Below are positions 36,561 through 50,100 of a stretch of 64,000 nucleotides of DNA, one piece after another. Numbering within the stretch: position 1 is the first letter of the stretch; each line of letters opens with the position of its first letter. The position numbers were made by a program, and so were the translations under genes. A model generated the notes under the pieces. The model saw nothing but the letters and a program-made list of their open reading frames with translations. It was not told where the DNA came from and ran no database searches. This stretch comes from Camelus ferus (lineage: Eukaryota), in assembly GCF_009834535.1 (NCBI RefSeq), contig NC_045704.1, positions 44,640,001 through 44,704,000 on the forward strand, read 5' to 3'.

Positions 36561-38399
36561 TGTCATCTAAAAACCAAATTAATTGACATTTCTTGAGGGC
36601 CTACTGTGTGCAGACACTGCTACTCCGTATTTAGTGCTGTGGCAGGTGCTTCCCTTCCAAGTTTAGAATTCTGCAGTTAGAACTGCTTTGAGGGAGGTTC
36701 TGATTAAGATTTATTCCATCTTGTTCCAAAAGAGATTCAAGATGACTTAAACTGTGTTCTATGAACAGAATGATAAGATTCTTTTTTTTTTTTTTAAAGC
36801 AGTGAGAGAATTAGGGCCAAGGGAAAAAAAAAAGGTAGAAAAAACACAAAGTAGCCAAGCAGAGACAGGAAGATGGAGTGAGTGAGGGGAGGGCCTCTTG
36901 ATTCTCACAGTTGGCACAAGTGGGCACAAACGGGATGTGTTTTAAGACTGAGACCTGTCCTTTTCATTTTTGTTGGTGGTGTTGAAATGACCCTTTGTTT
37001 TAAGTTCTTGCTTAAATGGCTGTAGCATGGAAGGAGCTCCCATGGTGCAACTCACTTTGCAACCCCCTAGGGTGGGAAACACTTTTTTATCTTTTTCTCA
37101 ATAGGGATAGAATTGGAAAGAAACAGAGGTGAGATACACTCATGAAGTGTGGGTGGCTGCATGTAAACACTGATACAGTCGCCTCCTGCTCATCTTCCAA
37201 AAGTCAGTATTGATTGAGCAAGTAATTAGCTGAGTATTTCCTGTGCTCTGAATCAGATCATTTCCCTGTTTTGGGGTGGCAAGTGTAATCAGGGAGAGAG
37301 GAAGGCTTCTCAGGGGCTCTCTGTTCCCGTAGAACTCCAGAGTGGCCTCATTTCACACCTCTCAGGAAACAGTTTTCCGAGTGACAGATTGATTGGTGTA
37401 TGGGTGGTTACCAAAAAAGATTCTACTTTATTAGCTGTTTGTCTTGCAAAGTTAAATCCTTTTTTTTTTTTTTTTTAACTTTATCAAAATGTCATCTTCC
37501 TGGGGTTTAAGAATGTGCCCTCTGGCTTTGAGGGAAGATTTGCTGATCCACAAGTGAAGAGCTGTCATGTCAGGGTCTCACTCAAGCCCTTGAGTGATGA
37601 GCGTAGCCAAGGCTGCTCACCCTGAGGCGCTCTCTCAGCGGGGTAGAGGGAACCCAGGGGTAGGCAGGCACCAAAGGGATGTTGCCAAGCCTCATCCTGG
37701 TGCCTGAACTGTCTTTTTTTTTTTTTTCTTTTTTCTTAGATATATCAAGGAAAAATCAAAATCTCAAGATTCATGTACATGAATTCTCATGTTTAGGTAG
37801 GTTTGCTTTTCTGTTTGAGGAGGAAACAGAAAACATTCCACTTACTCATTTTTAAAATTAAATACAAGGAAATATATTAAACAATTAAAAACTATTTGGT
37901 TTCCTATTGGTGGCAGTTAAAGAAGAGAGAAAGACAGAGGGGAGGTTGAAAACAGTAGAGGGAAGGCAGGGGCCAGAGTCCCGTCCCCAGGGACCAGCCC
38001 TGCCCTCCCTGCTCCAGCTCCAGTGCTCCCAGGCAGACGATCTGTCCTTGGCCCCTTCTTCACCCTCAACTTGTCCTATCCAGACCCAATAGGACACTCC
38101 CAGCTCTTCAGTCCATTTCTGGTCCCTGGTCCCGCTTCCTTCCCCTCTGGTCTCCTCATTTCTTGCCTGCAGGGTTGCACAGCCACCAAGCCTGCATGTG
38201 GCCACTTCCATCATGCTCCATGTCCAAGCCTGTGATTCCCACCACAAGCAGCTCTGAGTTCTTTCGGCCCTTGTCCAGCATCTCCAGATCTTCCTCCATG
38301 CACAGAACAAATCCTCCTACCTTGCCTGCTGGGGGCCCTTGGTGATGGGGCCCTGCCTTCCTCAGTCTCACTTCTGACTTTTTCTTCCTCCCACTGATT

Positions 38400-38680
38400 C
38401 ATTCTGATGGCCTTAACATCTAGCTTTCCTCTTTCCTGGAACATGCCATGCTCTTTCACGCCTCCGTGCCTTTGCACATGCTGTCCCCTATGTCTGGAAC
38501 ATTCTCTCTGGTTGATCCACCTGGCAACCGGCCTCTAAGGCTCAGCTCCACAGCTGTCAAACCCCTCCCTTCAATCATACACCCACTGGGCTTTGTGCTG
38601 GCAGCCCAAAGCCCACATGCGCCGAGCACAGAGCCTAGTCCCTGAGAGGCACTCAGGGAACCTTGGTTGAATTAATAAAA
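38400..38680 (+). mobile_element. L2 LINE 3' fragment
   Basis: gcctttgcacatgctgtcccct...tctggaa and a terminal gcactcagg...ttggttgaattaataaa. Confidence 0.65.
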
Positions 38681-38914
38681 TGGTTTCTAGCCAGGCCAGA
38701 GCATCAGTCATCAAAAGTTTCAGTTCCTTCTGTACATATCAGGTGGCACAGCAGGAGTTATAAGAAAACTGCTCCCAACTCTTTGAACTAGTGCATCAAT
38801 GAGGCTGCCTTGTGTTAAAGGAGATATACAAAAATGTAGCCTTAAAGGTGAAAAGACTTGTGTGAACTCACGTATGTTGTGGTAGCCCCTGCAGCTGGCT
38901 GAGATCGTCACTAT

Positions 38915-39118
38915 CATCATTAGTGTTTTGGGGGCACCTGTTGTGTGCCAGAAACTGTGCTAAGAGTGTTGCTTGCAGAACCTCTTGTTTAATTCTCTAG
39001 ACAGCCTGGGGAATTTGGGCATTATTGTTCCCATTGTCAGAGAGGGTAACTGAGGCTTGGGAAGGTTAAGTGATTTGCCCAAGTCATACAGCTAGAGAGT
39101 GGTAGAGCCTAGACTCTG
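38915..39118 (-). mobile_element. MIR SINE
   Basis: MIR core attattgttcccatt...actgaggcttgggaaggttaagtgatttgcccaagtcatacagcta. Confidence 0.8.
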
Positions 39119-39439
39119 TGGAGAAGACTTATCCATGGCCCCATCTTGGCTTACAGGGCTCCCTACTGTTCAAGAGGCACCCATGGGCCAGAGAGAAACA
39201 CCCCAGGGATCTGGGAAGGCTTGTATGCACCACCTTCCTCCTTTGCTGCTGCCCTCCTCTGTCCCAGAGGGATTTGAGATGGATGCTGCCACTCTTTGTC
39301 CTTAGTACCTGAGTATGGGTTTGTCCAAGGGCTGTTGTCTTGGACAGAGAGCCGGTGAGGCTTGGAAGGTATGAACCAGCAGGAGCCAGGTAGTGCTGTT
39401 GCTGGGGGACCCACAGAGTTTTGGAGGGACACCCTGGCC

Positions 39440-39830
39440 AAGCCCATTGTCTGTCACCAGCCCTTCAGCCTTGCCCCCATCTGTTCCCCACACAGAAGCA
39501 AAAATGGTCTTTCTGCATGTCTTTCTGAGCACCTTCCAAGCTTAAAACACTTTCATTGCCCCCAGAATCAAATCCATGCCCTGGGTCCACCATCCTCTCC
39601 CGTCTCAGTCTTTGCCAGTCTTCCCTCCTCTGCTTGTGCCCTCCTGTGTCCTCCTGTGGTCCTGGTCTCTCTCAGGGCATGCCTTACCTCATGCTGTCCT
39701 CTCACACTGTCCCCTCGTGCTGGAATCCCCTGCCCTGCCTGGCTGGCTGCCCCTCACCTTTAGGTCTTAGCTGAAAGTCTCTTCCTCAGGGAAGCCTTCC
39801 TGATATCCCCTGGTGTTCAGTATTAGGGCC
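39440..39830 (+). mobile_element. L2 LINE fragment
   Basis: cttccaagcttaaaacactttcattg...ggtcttagctgaaagtctcttcctcagggaagccttcctga. Confidence 0.6.
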
Positions 39831-41839
39831 TCCTTCAGGGAGATGAGCTCTGGAAGGGTTGGGACCTGCAGAACGTGTCAGACAGTCCTGGCCACTTGCG
39901 TACAGACAAGGCCATGGGGACTGACCCCAGGGCGGGGGAAGCCACATACCCCAAATGTGACTCTCTAAAGGGAGACAATGAATCTGGTTCCAGAATGCTG
40001 GCCTCATAGTGGAAAGGGGGCTGTCCAAGAGGCGGGCAGGTGCCTGGAACGTGCCAGGCCTGTGGCCCCAGGGACCTAGTGCTAAAGCCACAGCTGTGGA
40101 CACCAGTTCTCAAGGAGGGCAGGTGGAGGGGAAAAGGGGTCAAGGATAGAACCTTGAGGCTCATCCCATTTTTGACTTGGTGAGGAAAGAGGAGCCAAAA
40201 AGATCACTTGGGGAAAGGCGGAAGAATGCAGAAAAGGTGGCTAAAATATAGCACTGTTTTTATTTAGTTCTCAGATAATCTGACTTTTTTTCTGTTTCAC
40301 TTAGAATAGCTGGAACAGGAGGGCCCTACGTGGCAGTGCCTGGGATGAGAAACCCGTGTGTCAAAGCTGCTGCCGAATCCTTCTCTATTTTTACCTTCCT
40401 GACACTACTTCTTTGAGCCCCGAGGAGGCATCCTGGCCTGAGGTGGCCGGAGCCGGCGTCTCTGAGGCAGAGATGGCTAGCCCTCACCTCGTTCTCCAGA
40501 AACCACCAAAGAGCCGGTTATTCACTTCTCTGGACCAGAAATAAATGCATTAGACAAATGTTCTCAGGCAATCTTGAGGGATGTGAACACAAAATCATCC
40601 CCTAAATTACTTTTGTTTCCTTTCCTCGGTTCAAAGTTGGGTTATTTGTTCGCATTAGTTACATTAAAATTGGACAGTAATTAACGTTCTTAAAATAGAA
40701 GGTCCGTATCCCCAAGTTTAGAAGGAAAAACCACCCAGGGAGGAAAAAAAATGTGGACATGTGTGAAATGCCATTCCATTAGCCACAGCCTTTTACGAGC
40801 CTCAGCGAGAAGTGCCTGTCAGGTGGGGTCTGTGGCTGCCCGTGTCTGCAGCTGCTTCTTGTTCTGTCCCTGGCTCCAGGTCAAGGCAGCCTTTGACATC
40901 CGTGGTCAGGAGCTCTGGGGGTTCGCCAACCTCTAATTACATTTCTTTTTTTAAATATTGATAAACAGTCCCTCTGTTGATTCAGACCTTTTCTAAACAC
41001 TGAGCCTGTAGCTGTTGGCTCCAAACAAAGAGAGCAGCTCCCCCAGGCCTCATCAGGCTGTGGAGCTTCTACCCGGGCCTCCTCTGGGCTCTCAGATTCT
41101 CAAACACTGAAGGAAGAAAACTGTCCCTCTGGGTGGGCGTGGGGGGAGGTCACTTTAGGATTCAGAATCAGGCCTGGCTGGGCTGTGAGGGGAGGCCCCG
41201 CTTTCCCTAGGTGGGGAATTCTGGCCTCTCCTACTACCCGGGCTCCTACTCTGGGTTCACGGTGGAGGTGCGGGGGGGTGAGGCAGGAGGGGCCACCATC
41301 CAGCTCCACTGCCCTGTGGCCTCATGCCCCACCGCCCATGTCACCACCTTGCTGCATTTATGAATATCAGTTCCTGGTCCCACGGGCTTTGGCTGTAAAC
41401 AGGACAACACTGGTGTCCTCCCCTTCCCTTTTCCCCAACACGGCTGCTAACTGGGATGGACGGGAGTGGGAGTGGAGGGGACTCCTTCTAGTCCCAGGGG
41501 GTCCAGAAGAGCTAAGTGCCACCCATCCCATCTTGAGGACACCCACACAGAAGGACCCTCTGGACCCAGGATCCCCCAGACATAACTAATGGCAACATGA
41601 GGTGGGAGGGGTGGTCCCCCTTCCTCCTGGATGACTCAGAGCCCAGTCAGCTGCGTCTTGCCCAGACTGCCAGGTTCCCTGTCCTCACTAATTAGAAGAC
41701 TTGGCCAGTGGCCAGATATCAACATCGCTTCTGTAGTGACCATGTCCAGAGAGGAGCGCCTGGTTACAAGTGCGGTGTGTCAGTGATGTCCGTGATGCCC
41801 CAAAGCCCTTGGCTCCATGGGACTGAGACCAAGTTCCTG

Positions 41840-42000
41840 ACATCATCATACCTCTGCATTCTACACCACAACAGGGCAGCTGCTATTGTTGTCACCATTT
41901 TACAGATGGGGAAACTGAGTCCCTGAGAGGTAAATTGTACTGCCGAAGATCACAGTGGAGGAGTTGGGATTTGAGCCCAGGTCCATCTGGCTCTGAAACC
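41840..42000 (-). mobile_element. MIR SINE
   Basis: ccattttacagatggggaaactgag...gggatttgagcccaggtc. Confidence 0.8.
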
Positions 42001-42749
42001 AGAGCGATTCTCAATCTACTTTGTCACAGAGCCTCCTGGTCCCCCTTCCTGCCTTTGGCAAGTGGCCTCTAGAAGGGGCCACCCTCAAATATATGCAACA
42101 GAGGTGATGTGGTCTGGGTAGGGTCAAGGTGCGGATGCCAGCAGCCATGGTGCTTCTTGTCAAGTCTTGCCCAGCATTGCCTGGGTGACCCCTTAGTTGG
42201 AGGACCTGTTGATGTGACCCATTTGGGCTTCAATTTAAGAGGCAATTATAGATGAGCTCAGTGACCATCAGGCCCTTCTGCTACATCCCAGGAAATGGAC
42301 CTAACCCTGTGAGAGGGTGAATCAGATGTAATCAGCTCCTAATTCAATATGGTGGCTCTATCAACATTTATCAAGATGTAGAGGCTGGTCCAGTGAGTTA
42401 GACAGCAGTGGTGGTCAGATTAGACTCAGACAAGAAGAACCAACCAGTACTTTCTGACAGCTTTTTAAAAAGTTAAGTGGAAGAAATGAACTTTTTCAGT
42501 ACTATACATTACAGGTACACACACTCATGTCCCAGACACAGATGAGAACAACCTTCAGACTGGCCATGTGCACACCTGCAGCCTCATCCTGCTATGGTCA
42601 CATCTTTCAAGTCCAGCCTAGACACCTAGAACACTGCCCTGTTCAAAACCGAAGCTGGGAGGTCAACCAGTGGGTGAGGCTGGCCCTGCCTTCCCCGTCT
42701 CTGCCTGAGGATCATAAAGCTCTCGGCCACTGAGCTCATGTACATGACA

Positions 42750-43224
42750 AACTTCTCACCAGCTCTGAGTGGGAGAGAATTCTCTTCTAACTGGTAGTTT
42801 GGAGTCACTTAGGACAAATACTAATCAGATTATTGGAGATTGTGATTGGATCTGTTACTTTCAGATTATATTGAAATTTCTATCCCTGCCTCTTTCCCGA
42901 CCACCAGTCCAGCTGACCAGCAGTGATCCCGGACACTTCTCTGCAAACTCATGGAGGTGGTGACTGCTCAGAGCCAATGACGTCCCACAGACTCCTCCTA
43001 CCCCAGGCTCCTTGGGCCTGCCTTCCAGACCTCTCCACCAGCTTGACACCCCTTCACCTGTACCAGGGCTGGCTGGTGACCATCCTCTGACCCATCAAGT
43101 CCCCCCTTCAGACTGTTGCTTCCCCTTCTCCTTTCACAGTTGGTAAGATCTGACTCCTATAGTAAATTCCTGTTGCCATCACACTTCCAGTGGTTCTGCC
43201 TTCCCAGCTGAACCCTGAGTGACA
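42750..43224 (+). mobile_element. Old ERVL-class LTR remnant (LTR33/LTR16-like 3' end); left boundary uncertain
   Basis: Terminal tcctatagtaaattcc...gtggttctgccttccc...gaaccctgagtgaca resembles ERVL LTR ends. Confidence 0.5.
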
Positions 43225-43849
43225 CGGCTCTCCACTTCTCCAGGCCTCAGTTTCCCTCGCCTATAATGGTGTGAGATACCAGCCTCAGGAAGGAGGCTGC
43301 ATCCAGGTGCAAAGGACTGTGAGCCTGGGATTGATCCTGGCAGGTACATCTGTCATCATCTGAGGACAGGCGTTAGGCCAGAATCATGACTCAGTTGAGA
43401 TTTTCATCTTGGCACCAGCCATAGGAGCCCCACAAATGGGGCCCATGTGAAGTCAGCTGGTGGTGGAAGGTGTGGGGCATCCTTCCAATGGTCTGATTGG
43501 TTGTACAGCATGGCGGGGGCCATGACTGTATCTAAGGCAATGGCTGGTCAGAGCCTTTCCTGATCAAGTCAGTGTCTCAGTCTGGAACGCAACCCCTAAC
43601 TGGAATGTCCCTCCCCTGGGAAGCCAGCGTGTGCTGAGTTAGGAGGCTTCCGGGAAGATGCTGAGAAGGGCAAGAGTGGCTCTTTGGGACTGAGATCACT
43701 CTGCTGACTTGCTAGCGAGGAGACTTGGCTCCTGTGATGACGATGAGCTCGTCCTGCCTCTTTACAGTGGGACTGCGGATTTGTAGACGCTGCATCAGGG
43801 TGTGGCACACACAGTGCCTTGCTGCCTTGGTCCAGGGTCTTTGCTCCTC

Positions 43850-44150
43850 CTGAACATTCAGAGACCCTTGTGGCCCACTTGTTCACTTTATTCAGGTCCC
43901 TGCTCAAATGTCACCCCCTTGGCATAGGTTGTACCACCCTGTATAAAATAATGCACCTTTCCACCACACTCTATCCCCTTACCCTGCTCCATTTTTCTTT
44001 CCCAAAGATCACCACTTCACACAGTATGTATTTCTGTACTCTTTCCTCCTCCACTGGAAGGTAAAGCCCATGAAAGCAGGGGCTATATCTGTCTTGTTCA
44101 CTGCTGACCACCCAGAACAGTACTCTGCTCAGAGCAGACACTAGTGCAAA
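43850..44150 (+). mobile_element. L2 LINE 3' fragment
   Basis: tcaggtccctgctcaaatgtcacc...ccatgaaagcaggggctatatctgtcttgttcactgct. Confidence 0.7.
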
Positions 44151-47100
44151 TTTGCTCCAGGTGAGAACTGACCTCTGTGTAAAGTGTCCTGACCTCACCT
44201 CTACCTCTGTCTTTATTCATGCTTGAAAACGCCGAAGCTAGCGCCCCTAGCCTAGAGGAAGGCTGCTTCTCTGTGTCAGGAAGGCTGGCTTGATGAATTA
44301 AGTACCAAACACAAGTTCCCAGCATCCAAGGGTTTTAAATCTTTTCTTCTAATCATTATTCTGGACCGTGGGCTCTGTAACCATTTTGGAAGTGGATTTG
44401 GGGTGATTAAATTCTTTCCCAGCCTAATCCTTTATGGAAAACCAAAGTTCTAAATGAAATGAACCAGAATGAATGTGCTGATGTTTGATCGCCTGCACTG
44501 GTTTACCCCGGCTCATTTCAGCACTGGGGCTGGGCAGCGCCCTGAAGAATTCTCCACGGCATCTTCCTATAATGGAGGAGTAAAGGCCCCCTTTTTTAAA
44601 GAATGCCTGTGACTTAAGAGGCCAAGGCCCTTGAGGAGACTGTTGGAAAGCCCATGTGCCTTCTGCAGGGAGCACCCATCCTCCCCCGTGAGGCTGAGGT
44701 GTGGCTGGGCCGATGGGCAGCATCATACCCCCGGCCTGCTTTTTCCACTTTCTCCTGGAGTCCCCACGACCACAGCTTAGCAAACACATGGTGGGGGTGC
44801 GTGTGCAGGGTGGGCCACAAGGAAGGTCTGGCAAGGAAACTTTAGTAGCAGGACTGCAGGGACGAGTCAGGGTCTTTCAGGGATGGGAAGGGGAGGCCCC
44901 TATGTCCCTGACCCACCTACCATTGAGGCTCCAGCCCCTAGAGGCTGTTTGCAGCCCAGCCCAGCCCAGTACAGAATCTGGGGGTATCATGATAGCCTAA
45001 AAAGCTGTTTCCAAGAATATAACATAAAAAAGAAAGCTTTCTACCCTCATTGGAAATGGAAAGGTACTGGTTCTTGGCGGGGACACTCCAGTGACTTGGA
45101 ACACTCTGTAGGAGACTTTGTTCTTGGCGACACCAGAAGTGGGGCAGCCTCTGTAACCCCAGTCACATGTGTCCAGACTTGCCAGGCTCTGTGGGCCAAG
45201 GAGGGGTAGAACCTGGATCTTACTCAGATGCTTAGTAACTCTTGGAAAATGGGGTTTTCCTCTTCTGCTGATTTGATTGTTAATTTGGGGAATTTATCAC
45301 TTATGTAATCTGTGACTTCTGGTGGAGACCTCTTCCTGAGGCGTTATGAGAGGCGCCAGCAGGGCTTCTTCCCCTAACGCAGGTGTTCTGATGAAGGTTT
45401 GGGGTCACAGCGTTGGGACTCATGGTTGCCCTGTATCTTCTGTCCTACTAACCTGGACTGCATCACATGGTCCCCAAGACTCTGCCTGCTGCCTGCCCGC
45501 TTTCATGGAAGGAGATGCACAGAATCTTCTGCCTGGGAGGCCTTATGTTCCTCTCCCATCATGAAGAACCTAGCTACACTCAGATGAAAACGGTGACGTG
45601 GGGTAAAACATGTAGCCTGGAAGCCCTCTTCCTCTTTCAGAAATGTAGGTAAACACAGCACGGGCCCTGGAGAGATGCCAGCTCAGCCACAGGATGGCAC
45701 GCCCCAGGCGCTGCCCTTATGATAAAGCTCTTGGTTCCTGCCCACTCCTTTCTGGGTACAGTTTGGAGACTATTGCATGCACGTGCCCCCTGCTCCAAGA
45801 GTGAAAATCCAGAGTCATCCCTCTGCCCTCAACCTGAATGCACAACAGCTAACACAGGTGGGGCTCATTCTTGATGCTGGACACAGTGCCAAGCAGTTTA
45901 CCTCACTCCATACCCAGCCCTGTTCCCGTCCGAGAAGCCATCAGCAGTCACAGCTTTTGCCCTTGGTCAGCAGCAGGGCTGGGATTTCAAGTCCTGTGGG
46001 TCTAATGCTGGAGCCTGTGCTCTTAGCCAGCCCACCATTCTTCCCATGGGGCCTGTCTGATGATTCATTTCTTACTCTGTACCCAGAGATGGTGAGGCGT
46101 AAACCAGAATAAAAGGGGGCGATTATGATTTCACTATTTGCTGTTTATCTAAATTAGATAATAAATCATGGGCTACTTGAAACAATATACATGTCAACCT
46201 CCTGAATATTTAGTTATCACTTAGTGCCATTTGATGGTGCCTGTCGTATAATCAACACTTCTGTCGAGAAAATATGATATTTCAGTGAAATGGAAAAGTG
46301 AATGAGAAAATAAATTTAACACGGCCCTTCTCTTCCTTGGAGGCAGGGCCATAGACCCACGGCGGTGGCGGCTGGCGGGGATGGCTTAGGCTGGTGAGGG
46401 GATGCGCAGGCATTCCCCACCCTCTCCAGGCTGGGATTCTGTCCTGGGAAGAGGGAAGCCTGTCCCCGAAGCAGCAGCTGGCCCAGCTGAGTGACAACAC
46501 TGAGCCCCAAATAACTCTGTGCCCATTCATCAGCCTCAGCATAATCGGGCATCTGCCACTGGCATCTCCAGATGTTTGCCTTTATCAGACGTCGATGCAG
46601 TTCAGTGTTTTCATTAAAGTCCTCGTAAAAAGCTCTAGCTGGTTGGGGATGCTTATTGTTCATTTTATTTGAGTTCCTTATCATGTTCAAAATGTTCCAG
46701 GCACCATTAGGAGACACAAAAGCCTTAGAAAACACAGTTTCAGGGGGCGGAAGCTCACTGTAGCGTGGAGGAGACACAGCCACCGACATTTACAAACATT
46801 TGCGGAACACAATCAGCTGTTAGGAATGAAAGTCGCTCACAGCAGCACATCAGGGCATGAGGAGTGGGGAGGTGGAAACTGAGGATTTAATGTCCGCCTG
46901 AGGGAATCTTCTAAAATCAGATGGGTGTTCCAGGCTGTTTGTTCATTAATGTGGTCTTTAGATTACTTCCCAGTGAGACTGGGCTACAGGGGCCAGACAG
47001 GAGGCAGAAGCTTGATCAGGAAAAGATTAAAGGGGATGCACATCGTGGCTCAAGGTAAACATTTGAGGTGCAGGTTTAGGCACATTATAATTATTGCTTA

Positions 47101-50100
47101 ATCATAAATGTAGCCTGGTGGGATGCATTGATTCACACACAAGTTACTAAAGGCATTTAGGGAAAATAAAATGTAGGCAATGAGAACTGTCCCCATCAAT
47201 TTGCAAAAGTCATGTCTGAGACAGCATCCTGGAAGGGCAGAGAATCCTGCTTATGGGCACAAATTAAAGTCATCTTCTTTGGAAAAGGATAATTTAAATG
47301 ATCAATAACCTCTTTTGAAAGAATATTTTGAGAGTGTGCCTTCTAAAAAATTGACTTCATTTATTCTCCTTTTATCAAAAAAGGACTTTGGAGGCTTATA
47401 ACAAAAGATATGACAACGAGGTTATTAAAATAGAAATGGAAAACTAGAACCCAATCAGAAAAGAGAATACATGATTTCTGACTACAATGGCTAACCTTAT
47501 GTCTGTGATCAAGCTCTAAATTTAGCCCTGAGCTTCCTGGAATCCAAGGTGAAAAGGGAAACACAATTACATAGTTCCAGCTGCTAAAATGGACAAAGCA
47601 TGTCAATTCATATGTATTTAATTATTTGTGAATTTATAAAAGCAAGAGAGGCAGAGAAAACTTCTGGGGAAATGGGGAAGAGATTTTTAAATAGTCAAAG
47701 GGAAAAGATAGATTTTGAAATTTTTTGTGAGAAGCAAAGCTTGGGAAACAATAACCGACACATTCACTGAGATCTGGGTGGGTGAGTCTGGGGTGGCTCC
47801 AATTCGATCAGTTTATTGCTAAGTGAATCACTTATATGGTGAGCAAACTAAGGCCATGGACTAGGACCCAGGCATTTGGCATGTCTGGCCTGTCCTCAGG
47901 AAGTGGCTGTGTCCTAGTTCTCTGTACTGGTGCCTGGTACATTTTGCACAGAAAGAACTCAACCATGGCGCTGTCTTGCCTGGGTTGAGAACTCCAGGAG
48001 GACAAAAACACGTTCCCAGCACCCCAAAGGGTCTGCCTGCTACTAGTAGCCACTCAGTTAGTGTTGGATGCTAATAGCTCACAAACCAAAAATGGGAAAA
48101 TTACCATAAAATGACAAACACTATTTGCAACTTAGTGGGAGCATTTTCACAACTCTCAGGGGTAAGGGTCAAATCTGTCAGTTTTTGCTATGGAAGACTC
48201 CTGGATGGATCTGCCCATGGGCGGATGGGCAGTTATGACACGCTGGATGAGTGGGTGCACGATGTTGTGATGCTGGACTTCTTTTGAGAAGGCTCTGTCA
48301 TGGCCCTTTCAATGGCACGCTCACCGCTGGGCTCTGTGGGCTGTGCCAGGTCTCATAAGGGCCCTGCCAGTGGGGAGGTGATGGGGTAGGGGGAAGTGGG
48401 GGAGGGACCCTCAGTGACTATGCTGACTTGTCTCTAGCTGTCCTCCCAGCAGGCTTTAGGGTGGGATTTGAGCAGGCACTGCATTTTACCAGCCAGTTTG
48501 CAGTTGCCCTTTGTCCTCAGTTACTCAGTGCAGATTTCTTTGCTGCTCTAAAGATCCTTTGTGTTTCACCATTTAAAAAAAAAGTCCCTGGAGGGCTCAT
48601 CTCTGCCCCACAGAGAGTGCCTTTCCAAAGAGATGGAGCCCTGAGCTCAGGCGGGCAGGGTCTGCGGAGGTTCCTGAGGCCTGGATGCTGGGGGTCCGTG
48701 CGGGGGCAGTACAAAGAGGGCAGAGGGCTGCGACCTGGACACGGAGCCCACAGGACGGGGAATGCCTCTGCAAGCAAGACATTGCCTGTGGCCTAGGCAG
48801 GCTGTGTGGGTGCCTCATGCCCCCCCCCCAAGCTGGGTCTGTGTTGGGGGCAGTTGTGTCTGAGGTGAGGCGTTCGGAAGGAGCAGACGCACCGGTCTGG
48901 GCACAACAGTGGGTCTAACGCCCAGCAGGGAGGCTCTGCGTCAGACACGTTTCCTCTCTGGGCCTCAGTTTCTCACAACTTTGGACTGAGGCTTGGAGTA
49001 GTCCCTCAGGATCACCAGCTCAAGGTGTCCCAAGTGTAAGAGGCAACACAAAGACCCATCACTGTGCCTGGCTCAGAGCATTCCTGTGATCACTGTGCCC
49101 ATTATTATCTTGCCCTGGAGGCTGAGGGACCCACCAGCTCTCTCCTCCACCCCAGGCCCTCATTTCCAAAGGTTTTACACCCACAGGAGAGGACACTGAG
49201 GTCATCACCCACTCAGGCAAGCCTCATGGCCTCCCTGACCCTGTGTGAGAAGTGGGGCATCTCTGCCTGTCCTGCCTGCCCCAGAGCTGGGAATCAAGTG
49301 CTGTGAAGGCCCTGGAGAGGCAGCCCCTGCCCCCTAACGCACCTCATGAGGGCTGAAGACTTAGTCCCTAGAAGATTTGCAGAACTGAGCCAGCCCTCAC
49401 AAATGCCGTCGGATGCCTGGGTTAGTATTACAGACTGTGGTCACTCTGTGAGTGTTGGGGAACTCAGGGCTCAGGGGGCAGATGCCCCTGGGGGAGGGAG
49501 GACGGGAGGAATGAGGAGCAGAACTTGCTGTCCACAGACTTCAGATAGCTCCCTGCCAACCTGACATTGTTAGTGTCATCAACCTGGATGCCACTCTGAG
49601 GTTCAGGCACAAGTGACACATGAATTCCCCTCCCCAGTGGGCCTCACCACTGCCACCCCCCGCCTCAGGGGTGGACAGTCTTATTTATTTTAATAGGTTA
49701 AATCTGGCACCGCTAAGCAAAGTGGCGGGCTACTGGATTTAAATCAGCCTGATTTTGGACACCTAAGACTTGTAAAAAGCTGGGAGTGCAGGAGCATTTC
49801 TGATTACACATCCTCACACAGATGCAGGGTTTGACTGTGAGTCATCTTATCTGTTTTTCCACCACCATAGGTGGGAATACTGGAGTAGATCCTGTTTGTT
49901 GTTGTTGTTGATTTTTTTTTTTTAATTCCAAAGTTTCTCAGACATGGAGAAGAACTTATGAAAGACAGATGAAGGGTCCAACAATTAATTTAGGTAAAAT
50001 AAACAGTAACAGAGATAACTGCAGCATTGACGGGCCCTGATCCTATGATCAATGGAAAGAATTTAGGCAGAGTGAAGACTGCTAATGGCAGGACCAGGGC

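Noticed and set aside
46316-46789. 157-aa ORF (MSVAVSPPRYSELPPP...) over the enhancer-like island
   Set aside because: No recognisable homology and no supporting exon structure. The motif content explains the region better. PhyloCSF would settle it.
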